Assembly: GCA_963635025.1 (NCBI GenBank) | Contig: CAVHFC010000005.1 | Location: 1-52,564, forward strand | Length of the DNA: 52,564 bases | Direction: 5' to 3' | Source: Eubacterium sp. CAG:786 | GTDB lineage: Bacteria > Actinomycetota > Coriobacteriia > Coriobacteriales > Eggerthellaceae | Shown: positions 21,883 to 30,361 of the stretch, one piece after another | How the letters are laid out: the number at the start of each line of letters is the position of its first letter | Position numbering within the stretch: position 1 is the first letter of the stretch | Notes under the pieces: model-generated | What the model was told of the DNA's origin: nothing | Database searches by the model: none | The model's input: only the letters and a program-made list of their open reading frames with translations | Translations under genes and position numbers: made by a program

Positions 21883-22872
21883 GTGGGATTCTTTGACGGT
21901 TTCCGCAAGGAGAAGAAGAACACCGAACCGATACAGCAGGAGCACGAGGCTGCTCAGGAAAACGAGATCGAAGATGAAATTGCCATAGACCATATCGAGG
22001 TTGTCGAGCGCGATGTCGAGCCGCAAGAGCCTGTTGAGGAAATGCCTGTCATAGAATCCGTTCCGCTGAAATCTTATAAAGATAAAGCGCCGGTGACCCA
22101 TGTGATAGGACAAACGAAGATTTTGGCTATCATCAATCAGAAAGGTGGCGTCGGCAAATCAACCACCGCCATCAATCTTTCTGCGGCGCTCGGCGAGCTT
22201 GGTAAGCAGGTTCTTCTCGTCGACTTGGACCCACAGGGAAACTCCTCAAGCGGTCTTGGCATCGAGAAGAACCGAGTTGATAACTGCATCTACGATGTGC
22301 TGCTCAACGATGTTCCGATTGAAGACGTCATCATCCCGGATGTTTGCGAAGGGCTTGATGTGGTGCCTGCCACCATCAACCTTGCCGGTGCTGAAGTGGA
22401 GCTTGTTTCCGAAATGGCTCGCGAGAATCGTTTGAAGGACGCGGTTGGGAGTCTTCGAGGGAAATACGATTACATTTTCATCGACTGCCCTCCCTCGCTT
22501 GGATTGCTGACCATCAACGCTCTTGTGGCTGCCGATAAGCTTCTCATCCCTATCCAGTGCGAGTTTTACGCACTTGAAGGTGTGACAAAACTTCTTGATT
22601 CAATGAAACGTGTCAAAACGCGTTTGAATCCGACGTTGGATATCTTCGGTGTGTTGATGACCATGTACGACGGAAGGACGACGCTTTCTCGTCAGGTTGT
22701 GAACGAGGTTCGTGGGTATTTCAATCGGTTGGTGTTCGAGACGCTCATTCCTCGTACCGTGAAGCTGTCTGAGGCTCCCAGTTACGGACAGCCTATCAAC
22801 TTGTACGATCCGACAGGAAAAGGCGCCCAGGCGTATATGGACCTTGCAAAGGAAGTGATCGCTCGTGGCTAA
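21883..22872 (+). CDS. parA: ParA/Soj chromosome partitioning ATPase (acidic N-terminal extension)
   Basis: NQKGGVGKSTT, DLDPQGN, IDCPPSLGLLT, IPRTVKLSEAPS. Confidence 0.96.
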   Translation: MGFFDGFRKEKKNTEPIQQEHEAAQENEIEDEIAIDHIEVVERDVEPQEPVEEMPVIESVPLKSYKDKAPVTHVIGQTKILAIINQKGGVGKSTTAINLSAALGELGKQVLLVDLDPQGNSSSGLGIEKNRVDNCIYDVLLNDVPIEDVIIPDVCEGLDVVPATINLAGAEVELVSEMARENRLKDAVGSLRGKYDYIFIDCPPSLGLLTINALVAADKLLIPIQCEFYALEGVTKLLDSMKRVKTRLNPTLDIFGVLMTMYDGRTTLSRQVVNEVRGYFNRLVFETLIPRTVKLSEAPSYGQPINLYDPTGKGAQAYMDLAKEVIARG

Positions 22873-23971
22873 AAATGGACGAAGCGGCCTTGGCCGTGGT
22901 TTGAATTCCCTCCTCAGCGGCTCGTATGACGAGGCGATTCCGCCTGAGGAAACCCTGCAACGTGTAACGGTATCCGCTGATCCCTCCCCCGCTCCTGCGC
23001 GTTCTGTGGCAAAGGAAGAAAGCAAAGAGGGCGCGCCGAGAATCGTGCGCGAACAGGAGCCGGAGTCGATTGCAGACGATGGTGGTATGGTTACCATCAA
23101 GGGAGTTGTTGAGCGCGAGGCGCGTCCGGTTCAAGCGCCTGCAACGGTTGCTCCCGAACCTGTTGCGGTTCAAGTTGATCAAGTTTCGAACGAGGTTGCC
23201 ATTGATCGCATTCTCCCGAATCCGGATCAACCGCGCACCAATTTCAAACGAGAGGAACTTGACGAGCTTGCTTCCTCTATCCGCAAAGATGGCTTGCTGC
23301 AACCTATTCTTGTTCGGGCCATGTCTGACGGAACCTATCAGATTATCGCCGGAGAGCGACGTTGGCAGGCTTCCAAGCTTGCTGGGTTGGAAAAGGTTCC
23401 TGTCACCGTTAAAGAGGCTGACGACGACAAGGCGCTCGAGCTCGCGTTGATCGAGAATATCCAGCGATCCGATTTGAATCCGATCGAAGAGGCGTATGGT
23501 TATCGTCGCATGATGGAGCGCCTGAACATGACTCAGGCAGAAGTGGCGCAAGCGATGTCCAAAGGACGCTCAACGGTGGCGAATGCTTTGCGTTTGCTTG
23601 AGCTTCCTGAAGAGGCTCAGCAATTGCTGTTCGAAGAGAAAATTACTGCTGGGCATGCACGAGCGATTCTTTCGATCCCAACAAAGGAAGGTCGAGATCG
23701 CTTGACGAAGAAGTTGATGGAGGAAAAACTCAGCGTGCGTGAGGCGGAATCCTTGGCTCGGCTTTTCTCCGGGAAAAAGAGCGATAACGCAAAACCGCGC
23801 ACTTCTGTTCCGAAAGAGTATAAGAAGGTTGCGCGAACGCTAAAGGATGTGCTTGATACAAATGTTCGCGTGAAATCCCTGAACGGCAAGAATAAGATCG
23901 AGATCGAATTCAAGGATGAAGAGGATCTTGAGCGCCTATTTAAGGGTATCCTGGCATCCAATCTTGCTTAG
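22865..23971 (+). CDS. parB: ParB/Spo0J partitioning CTPase
   Basis: GLGRGL, PDQPR, GERRWQA, ENIQRSDLNPIEEA, HTH RSTVANALRLL. Confidence 0.96.
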   Translation: MAKNGRSGLGRGLNSLLSGSYDEAIPPEETLQRVTVSADPSPAPARSVAKEESKEGAPRIVREQEPESIADDGGMVTIKGVVEREARPVQAPATVAPEPVAVQVDQVSNEVAIDRILPNPDQPRTNFKREELDELASSIRKDGLLQPILVRAMSDGTYQIIAGERRWQASKLAGLEKVPVTVKEADDDKALELALIENIQRSDLNPIEEAYGYRRMMERLNMTQAEVAQAMSKGRSTVANALRLLELPEEAQQLLFEEKITAGHARAILSIPTKEGRDRLTKKLMEEKLSVREAESLARLFSGKKSDNAKPRTSVPKEYKKVARTLKDVLDTNVRVKSLNGKNKIEIEFKDEEDLERLFKGILASNLA

Positions 23972-24060
23972 ATGACATAATATCTTTCGCGTAGGTAAAA
24001 CGACCCACTAATGAGGATTTGGCGGGTCGTTTATTGTTCGGGATTAGGAAGAGGCCGGTC

Positions 24061-25101
24061 TTAGGCTTCTTGCTTTGAATAGGTATTCTTCAACTGTCCG
24101 CATGCGCCAGCTATATCCGATCCCCGTGAATCCCTGAGAGTGGCCTCGAGGCCTTCTTCGTTGATAGTTGCAATCCATTCGTTGATGGTCTGGTGATCGC
24201 TTGGTTTGAACGGCGACTCGGGGATGGAGTTGATGGGAATCAAATTGATGTGACACAGCAGGCCCTGACAGAACGAAAGCAAGGCTGCGAGGTCGCGATT
24301 GGTGTCATTGATTCCTTTGATCATGATGTATTCAAAGGTGACGCGGCGGTTCGTTTTCTCTATATAGCGTTCAAGGTGTTCTTTGAGACTATCAAGCGGA
24401 AAAGCAGCCGTTTTAGGCATGAGGTCAAGGCGCACATCTTGTCTTGCCGCATGCAAGGAAACAGCAAGGGTGAATTGTTCGGGTTCATGAGCGAAACTGT
24501 CTATCCCGGGAATGACTCCGCAGGTTGATACGCATATGTGACGAGCTCCGATGCCCAACCCTTTTGGATTATTGATAATACGAAGAGCAGCAACCACGTT
24601 GTGGTAATTAAGGAAAGGTTCCCCCTGCCCCATCCCGACAACGTTTGTAACTCGTTTTCCCATACGTTGTTGCACAACGAGAATTTGGTCAACGATTTCT
24701 CCAGGCGTAAGGTTTCTAGTAAGGCCTTCTTTGCCGGTGGCGCAAAAAGAGCAAGCCATCGGGCACCCAGCTTGCGTAGAGAAGCAAACCGTGAGTCTGT
24801 CGCCATTCCTGGAGGGAATCGCTACTGTTTCAACAACGACTCCATCATAATAAGAAAGCAGGTATTTACGAGTTCCGTCGTTTGATATAGCTTCCTCGAG
24901 GATGGACGGAACATATAGAGGGTGCTTCGAAGCAAGCTCTATACGAAGAGCAGCCGGAAGATTGGTCATCTCGTCATAGCTTTGCGCGAACTTTCCGTAA
25001 AGCCACTCAAATATCTGCTTGGAACGGAAAGCTGGCTGCCCAAGCTCTTTCAGGCGTGTAGCAAGCTCGTCATATGAGTATGTTTTAATTGGTTCATTCA
25101 T
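24061..25101 (-). CDS. rlmN: 23S rRNA/tRNA m2A methyltransferase RlmN (radical SAM)
   Basis: GCPMACSFCATG, MGQGEP, SLHA, DIAGACGQL; start MNEPIK lies 7 nt after TATAAT (probably leaderless). Confidence 0.95.
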   Translation of the reverse strand: MNEPIKTYSYDELATRLKELGQPAFRSKQIFEWLYGKFAQSYDEMTNLPAALRIELASKHPLYVPSILEEAISNDGTRKYLLSYYDGVVVETVAIPSRNGDRLTVCFSTQAGCPMACSFCATGKEGLTRNLTPGEIVDQILVVQQRMGKRVTNVVGMGQGEPFLNYHNVVAALRIINNPKGLGIGARHICVSTCGVIPGIDSFAHEPEQFTLAVSLHAARQDVRLDLMPKTAAFPLDSLKEHLERYIEKTNRRVTFEYIMIKGINDTNRDLAALLSFCQGLLCHINLIPINSIPESPFKPSDHQTINEWIATINEEGLEATLRDSRGSDIAGACGQLKNTYSKQEA

Positions 25102-25116
25102 AGCCGGCATTATACC

Positions 25117-25132
25117 TGTTTCACGTGAAACA
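25117..25132. promoter_or_regulatory. parS: parS site in the divergent rlmN/ddl promoter region
   Basis: Perfect TGTTTCACGTGAAACA. Confidence 0.92.
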
Positions 25133-25215
25133 ATTGCTTGAGTGTGCTGATCGGAAAGGTGTATCTGCTGGTTTGTTATACTGCAAGCAACGTTATCTAA
25201 GAGAAAGAGGAAAGC

Positions 25216-26166
25216 ATGGCGACTCTTGATCCTTCCCAATGTCGAGTTGCTCTTCTTGCTGGCGGGAAAAGCAACGAACGGGAGATTTCCCTTGCGTCGG
25301 GCAAGGGTGCGCGAGAGGCGCTTGAGGCTGCCGGTTTTCCAGTCACTATGATCGATCCTGCTGACAAGAACGATTTGAAGAAACTCATCGACGAGGATTT
25401 CGATGTCGCGTTTCTTTGCATGCATGGCAAATTTGGGGAGGATGGAACCATTCAAGGTTTGCTGGATGTTTTAAGCATTCCCTACACATGTTCCGGTGTT
25501 TGGTCAAGCGCGTTGGCGATGGATAAATCGAAGACGAAGGTTTTCTATGAGCGCAACAATGTTCCTACTCCGCCCTCTTTAACGGTGTTTAAAGACGATG
25601 CTGTCGATGTTGCTGAAGTGGTGAAAAAGCTCGGAAGCAGCGTTGTGGTCAAGCCGGCGACTGAGGGTAGCGCTATTGGCGTGTTTATCGTCAACGGTGA
25701 AGAAGAGATCGCCGGAGCTTTGAAGAAGGCCTTTGAGATCGATTCCGAAGTGCTGATAGAGCGTTACATCAGGGGTCGCGAGTTCACCGTTGCGGTTCTT
25801 GGGAACAAGGATGCAGTCGCGTTTCCGGTTATCGAAATTGTTCCCAAGAGCGATTTTTATGATTTCGAATCGAAATATGCGCCCGGCGGATCTCAGCATA
25901 TTTGCCCCGCGAACATTCCTGATGACCTCGCAAGCCGCTTGAAGGATGCCGCTGTTGCCGCTCATGTTGCTCTTTCATGCAGCGGTACCTCTCGATCGGA
26001 TTTCCTCATGGAAGAAGACGGGACGTTTTGGGTCTTGGAAACCAACACCATACCCGGCATGACGGCAACTTCTCTGCTTCCCGATGCTGCGAGCGCAGCT
26101 GGAATGACATTCCCTGAGCTTTGCACGAAGCTGATTGAATTCGCATTGGAAGAGCAGACGTATTAA
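25216..26166 (+). CDS. ddl: D-alanine--D-alanine ligase
   Basis: GGKSNEREISL, HGKFGEDG, KPATEGS, FYDFESKY, ETNTIPGMT. Confidence 0.96.
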   Translation: MATLDPSQCRVALLAGGKSNEREISLASGKGAREALEAAGFPVTMIDPADKNDLKKLIDEDFDVAFLCMHGKFGEDGTIQGLLDVLSIPYTCSGVWSSALAMDKSKTKVFYERNNVPTPPSLTVFKDDAVDVAEVVKKLGSSVVVKPATEGSAIGVFIVNGEEEIAGALKKAFEIDSEVLIERYIRGREFTVAVLGNKDAVAFPVIEIVPKSDFYDFESKYAPGGSQHICPANIPDDLASRLKDAAVAAHVALSCSGTSRSDFLMEEDGTFWVLETNTIPGMTATSLLPDAASAAGMTFPELCTKLIEFALEEQTY

Positions 26167-26197
26167 AAACTGTGCAACAAAGACTGTGAAACAATGG

Positions 26198-26226
26198 AAA
26201 AGGAGGGGCATAAACCCCTCCTTTTT
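26198..26226. terminator. Bidirectional terminator between ddl and the convergent gene
   Basis: AAAAGGAGGGG-N6-CCCCTCCTTTTT. Confidence 0.85.
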
Positions 26227-26241
26227 GTGTTTGAAACTTGA

Positions 26242-26886
26242 TTAGAAAACTCCACAGGATTTTAGACTGAAGATGATGGCGGCAATCAATGCGAGAAGAA
26301 ACGCCCAACTGACGGCGTAGCAGCCCTTGTTTCCAGCTCGACCCTGCTGAACCATGCCATCCATAAAACTGCACTGCTTTTTTAATATGACGGTGTGCTT
26401 GTCTTTCTCTGGCAAAGGTGAGCGATCGGAGGGTTCCCAGGTTCCTTTTGAATCGATTACGCTGCTGATTGCTTGAGCGGAAAGATCAATGCGTGGCCTG
26501 ATCCCTCGTCCAAGCATTTTAGATACGGTGTCTGCAAAGAGGGAAAAGGAGTCGCCGTTGCTTGGGTCGAAGCATAGGATGGCAACTTGTCCCCAATAGT
26601 GCCCCGGTTCCGGTTCGTCGGTGTAGGCAACAAAAGCAAGCATGGCTTTGGTGGTCCATCCGCGTACCGTCAATACATTCAGCTTATTGGAAAGGGATTG
26701 GTCAAGGTAGCCGATATCGCCGCCGTAAGGATTGATCAGCCATGCCCGCGTTAACCCTTCATGGGGGCGGAACTCGATTTCAAGAAACTCCCCTACGATG
26801 CAGTCTGAACCCAACAGAATCGCAGCGTCTTTTTTGCTGGTCGTCTTAAATTGCGCATACGTGCCGAAATAGCAGTCTTCAGCCAT
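26242..26886 (-). CDS. Hypothetical protein: HIRAN-like N-terminal domain, C-terminal TM anchor
   Basis: VGEFLEIEF...AWLINPYGGDIGYLDQSLSNKL resembles the HIRAN 'G..IGYL' core; C-terminal hydrophobic helix; SD AAAGGAG. Confidence 0.55.
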   Translation of the reverse strand: MAEDCYFGTYAQFKTTSKKDAAILLGSDCIVGEFLEIEFRPHEGLTRAWLINPYGGDIGYLDQSLSNKLNVLTVRGWTTKAMLAFVAYTDEPEPGHYWGQVAILCFDPSNGDSFSLFADTVSKMLGRGIRPRIDLSAQAISSVIDSKGTWEPSDRSPLPEKDKHTVILKKQCSFMDGMVQQGRAGNKGCYAVSWAFLLALIAAIIFSLKSCGVF

Positions 26887-27000
26887 TGCATCTCCTTTGC
26901 AGCCAATCGCAAGAGCAGCCTAACACAAACACGGAAAAGGTGAGGGGTTAAGGAAGCTTGAATCCAAGCTGACATACAATAACAAGGTTGCAAAAGAACA

Positions 27001-27025
27001 TGTCGCAAACAACATGTTTGCGACA
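27001..27025. promoter_or_regulatory. Perfect 11-bp inverted repeat upstream of dinG (operator candidate)
   Basis: TGTCGCAAACA-ACA-TGTTTGCGACA, downstream of a TACAAT -10-like hexamer. Confidence 0.55.
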
Positions 27026-27045
27026 CGGACAAATGGAGCGCGGCC

Positions 27046-30000
27046 GTGCAAAGTAACCTGCATTCATTCATCAGCGATGGAACTCCGGAAGAGATTGTCG
27101 AAAGATACAAGGCCTTGCCGTCAATTGCCGAACGGGAAGATTTCGGGGACTTAGACAGGAATATCGTAGTTATCGATACCGAAACTACGGGGTTCTCTTT
27201 CAACCATGATGAGCTGACTCAGATTGCTGCGGCGCGAATGGATTGCGGGAAAATCGTTGATTGGTACGTGACGTTTGTGAACCCCGGAAAACCCATTCCT
27301 GACGACGTCGCGCATCTTACCAACATCCATGATGAGGATGTTGCCGAGGCTCCGTCCCCGGGTGAAGCGCTCGCCGGTTTGGTGGCATTTGTCGGCGATG
27401 CGAAGGTGATTGCTCATAATGCCAATTTCGATCGTACCTTCACGACAAGGCACCCTGAGGGCTATCCCCTGCTGCAGAACAGATGGCTCGACTCTTTGGA
27501 TATGGCAAGGATCGCCCTTCCTCGCTTGAAATCTCATCGCCTCATAGATCTCGTAAAGGCTTTTGGTGCGCCAGTGTCGACGCACAGGGCCGACGACGAC
27601 GTGGCGGCAACGTGCGCGATATTCCGCATTTTGTTGGCAGCTGTATCACAGATGCCGTTGCCCCTTATTGCAAAGATCGCTTCTTCGGCTACTCCGGAGG
27701 AGTGGCCGACACAGGTTGTGTTCGATCATTTTGTCCAAGAGGGGCAAGAATCGCGATCGAAAGCGTGCGACATGATCGAGAGCCATGAAGCAAGCGATGG
27801 CAGCCTGTCCACCTATGAGGTTGGAGGTGGGCAGCTGGGGTTGGTGACTTCCCTGCTTGATTTGTTCTCGGTACGTAATCTTCGCCGCGAACGTCTCCGT
27901 AAAATTGAAAACAAACCGAAGCGTGATGCGAAGTCTATAAGCTGCGATTCGCTAGAGTGTTTGGTAACTCCCTCAAAAGAGTCGGTGGCTCAGGCTTTCA
28001 CAGAAGAAGGTTTGGTCGGAAAGCTTTATGCCTCTTATGAGCCGAGGGAAGAGCAACGGCAGATGAGCCTTGCGGTAAGGGACGCGATAGATTCCGAGAA
28101 AAACCTTCTTGTTGAGGCAGGGACCGGAGTCGGGAAATCGATGGCATATTTGGTCCCTCTGTCGATGATGGCTCAGGCGAACAACATCAGCGTAGGCGTG
28201 GCGACGAAGACGAACGCTTTGCTTGATCAGCTTGTGTATAAGGAGATTCCCAGCCTATCGAAATCGCTACGCAAGGATAACCCGAACGTTTCGGAATTAA
28301 CCTGTGCCCCTTTGAAGGGTTTCTCTCATTACCCGTGCCTGCACAAGATTGCGAATATCGTTCAGGATGGGGCGGAAATGAGGGAAGTGCAGGGTCGCGC
28401 GCAATCGCAGGCGCCTGCGATGGCTTCTCTGCTTTCCTTCATCGAGCAGACAGCTTATGACGATATGGACGGTTTGAAGATAGATTATCGCTTGCTTCCT
28501 CGCCCGCTGATCACCACTTCGAGCAGGGATTGCCTGCGTCGTAAGTGCCCGTATTTTGGTGCGTCTTGTTTTGTACATGGTGCGCGCAAGCGGGCAGAAG
28601 CAGCGGATATCATCGTCACGAACCACAGCCTGCTCTTTTGCGATTTGGCTGCCGATGGCGGTTTGTTGCCGCCAATTCGCTACTGGGCAGTCGACGAGGC
28701 GCATGGTGCGGAGCAGGAAGCTCGGCGGGCGTTTTCAATCGAGTTGAACGCCGAAGAGATAATGCGTATTGCACAGAAGGTTTCCATTGAGAACGCGCGC
28801 CGAAACGTGTTTCTGAAGGCGGAGCGCCGTGTAACGCTTAATGGCAGCAAAGAGGAGGATGAGAAAACCTTCTTTGCTCTTACAAATAACGGGAAGACTG
28901 CGGGCGAGTCGTATCGCCTAGCTGCGGAAGAGCTTTGCGCGAGCATGAAAGGTTTGCTGTTCTTCGATGGGAGCAGAAAAGGCCGCGGGTATGAGTCAGT
29001 AGAGCTATGGATCAACGATGATATTCGCTCCTCGGCAACGTTTGGCGACGTGAGGCAGAAGGCGGTTGCCTTGCGTGAGGTGGCGGAAAGGTTGGTGGAG
29101 ACTGCTCAGGGTCTTGTTTCCTATCTGGAAGGAATCGAGGGTGCGGCGGCAGCCTCATCGCAGGCCGAGATCTCGTCAGTTGCCCTGAGCTTGAAAGATC
29201 AGATCAATGCGATCGACGTGATTTTCGAGAGACCTTCCGAGGCCTATGCGTATGCGGCGACTTTGAACAAAAAGAAAGACAAGGTTGCTGAAAAGCTCTC
29301 GGCTCTTCCGGTGAGCGTCGGAGAGAAATTGAACGATACGTTGTTTGCGAATACGCATTCTGTAACCTTCGCTTCAGCCACTCTTTCGGTGAATGGAACC
29401 TTCGATAGCTATGTGAATGCAATGGGGTTGGGCTCGTCTGAGTATTCCAGCTTCGAAAGTTTGCAGCTCGATTCAAGCTACGACTTCGATAAGAACATGA
29501 CGGTGTATGTTGCAAGCGATATGCCGGAGCCGAACGAGCCGGGGTATCTTGCGGCGTTGCAGAAGCTGCTCATCGCAACCCATCGTGCGCAGTCTGGCTC
29601 AATGCTCACCCTGTTCACCAACAGGCGCGAAATGGAGACGTGCTTTGATGTGGTGCAACCCGAGCTGAAGAAAGATGACTTGAGGCTGGTATGTCAGAAG
29701 TGGGGCGTGTCGGTAAAGGGCTTGAAGGACGATTTCCTAAAGGACGAGCATCTGTCGTTGTTTGCTTTGAAGAGCTTTTGGGAAGGTTTCGATGCGCCAG
29801 GTGCAACGCTGCGCGGCGTAATCATTCCAAAGCTACCGTTTTCGAAGCCCTCCGATCCCCTTTCATGTGAGCGCGCTGCCCGAGATAGCCAGGCCTGGCG
29901 GCATTATGTACTTCCGGCAGCGGTTCTTGAGGTTAAACAGGCGGCGGGAAGGCTTATCCGAAAGGCCGACGATAGCGGCGTGCTGATACTGGCGGATCAT

Positions 30001-30126
30001 CGCTTGGTGTCAAAGGGATACGGAAAAGCTTTCTTGAACTCGCTTCCAAGCAAAACGATTCGAATCGTGCCATGCGCAGAGATTGTCAAGGAGCTTGAGA
30101 GGGCGCATGAAGACACGCTGGTATAA
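27046..30126 (+). CDS. dinG: DinG-family helicase with N-terminal DEDDh 3'-5' exonuclease domain
   Basis: IDTETTG, HNANFD, HRADDD; EAGTGVGKS; four Fe-S Cys (YPC...DCLRRKCPY...SCF); VDEAH; QAAGRLIR. Confidence 0.92.
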   Translation: MQSNLHSFISDGTPEEIVERYKALPSIAEREDFGDLDRNIVVIDTETTGFSFNHDELTQIAAARMDCGKIVDWYVTFVNPGKPIPDDVAHLTNIHDEDVAEAPSPGEALAGLVAFVGDAKVIAHNANFDRTFTTRHPEGYPLLQNRWLDSLDMARIALPRLKSHRLIDLVKAFGAPVSTHRADDDVAATCAIFRILLAAVSQMPLPLIAKIASSATPEEWPTQVVFDHFVQEGQESRSKACDMIESHEASDGSLSTYEVGGGQLGLVTSLLDLFSVRNLRRERLRKIENKPKRDAKSISCDSLECLVTPSKESVAQAFTEEGLVGKLYASYEPREEQRQMSLAVRDAIDSEKNLLVEAGTGVGKSMAYLVPLSMMAQANNISVGVATKTNALLDQLVYKEIPSLSKSLRKDNPNVSELTCAPLKGFSHYPCLHKIANIVQDGAEMREVQGRAQSQAPAMASLLSFIEQTAYDDMDGLKIDYRLLPRPLITTSSRDCLRRKCPYFGASCFVHGARKRAEAADIIVTNHSLLFCDLAADGGLLPPIRYWAVDEAHGAEQEARRAFSIELNAEEIMRIAQKVSIENARRNVFLKAERRVTLNGSKEEDEKTFFALTNNGKTAGESYRLAAEELCASMKGLLFFDGSRKGRGYESVELWINDDIRSSATFGDVRQKAVALREVAERLVETAQGLVSYLEGIEGAAAASSQAEISSVALSLKDQINAIDVIFERPSEAYAYAATLNKKKDKVAEKLSALPVSVGEKLNDTLFANTHSVTFASATLSVNGTFDSYVNAMGLGSSEYSSFESLQLDSSYDFDKNMTVYVASDMPEPNEPGYLAALQKLLIATHRAQSGSMLTLFTNRREMETCFDVVQPELKKDDLRLVCQKWGVSVKGLKDDFLKDEHLSLFALKSFWEGFDAPGATLRGVIIPKLPFSKPSDPLSCERAARDSQAWRHYVLPAAVLEVKQAAGRLIRKADDSGVLILADHRLVSKGYGKAFLNSLPSKTIRIVPCAEIVKELERAHEDTLV

Positions 30127-30157
30127 GTGTGCCGCAAATCAAAATACCGAATCATAA

Positions 30158-30185
30158 AGAGGATGTTTCACGTGAAACATCCTCT
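30158..30185. promoter_or_regulatory. parS: parS (30164-30179) inside a 28-bp perfect palindrome after dinG
   Basis: AGAGGA-TGTTTCACGTGAAACA-TCCTCT. Confidence 0.9.
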
Positions 30186-30361
30186 GTTCCGTGAAGGGTA
30201 TGGCGTTCGAGATTCCGAGTTCTCTTCGGTACGTGAATCCCAGAGATTGCAGGTGAGTACGCGTGATGCCTCTATACGGGAGTTTTTGGGCGCCGAGGGC
30301 AAATGGCGTATACTTCAATCCAAATATGCCTTTGTAGGGCAGAGGAGTGAAAGGCAAGCAT

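Noticed and set aside
24061..25455. 464-aa extended RlmN from the ORF track
   Set aside because: The extension overlaps ddl and parS; RlmN homology begins at MNEPIK (25101).
20933..30360. Visibly lower-GC stretch as a horizontally acquired island
   Set aside because: Contains core genes in expected order (rsmG, parA, parB, rlmN, ddl, dinG), with no mobility genes or flanking repeats.
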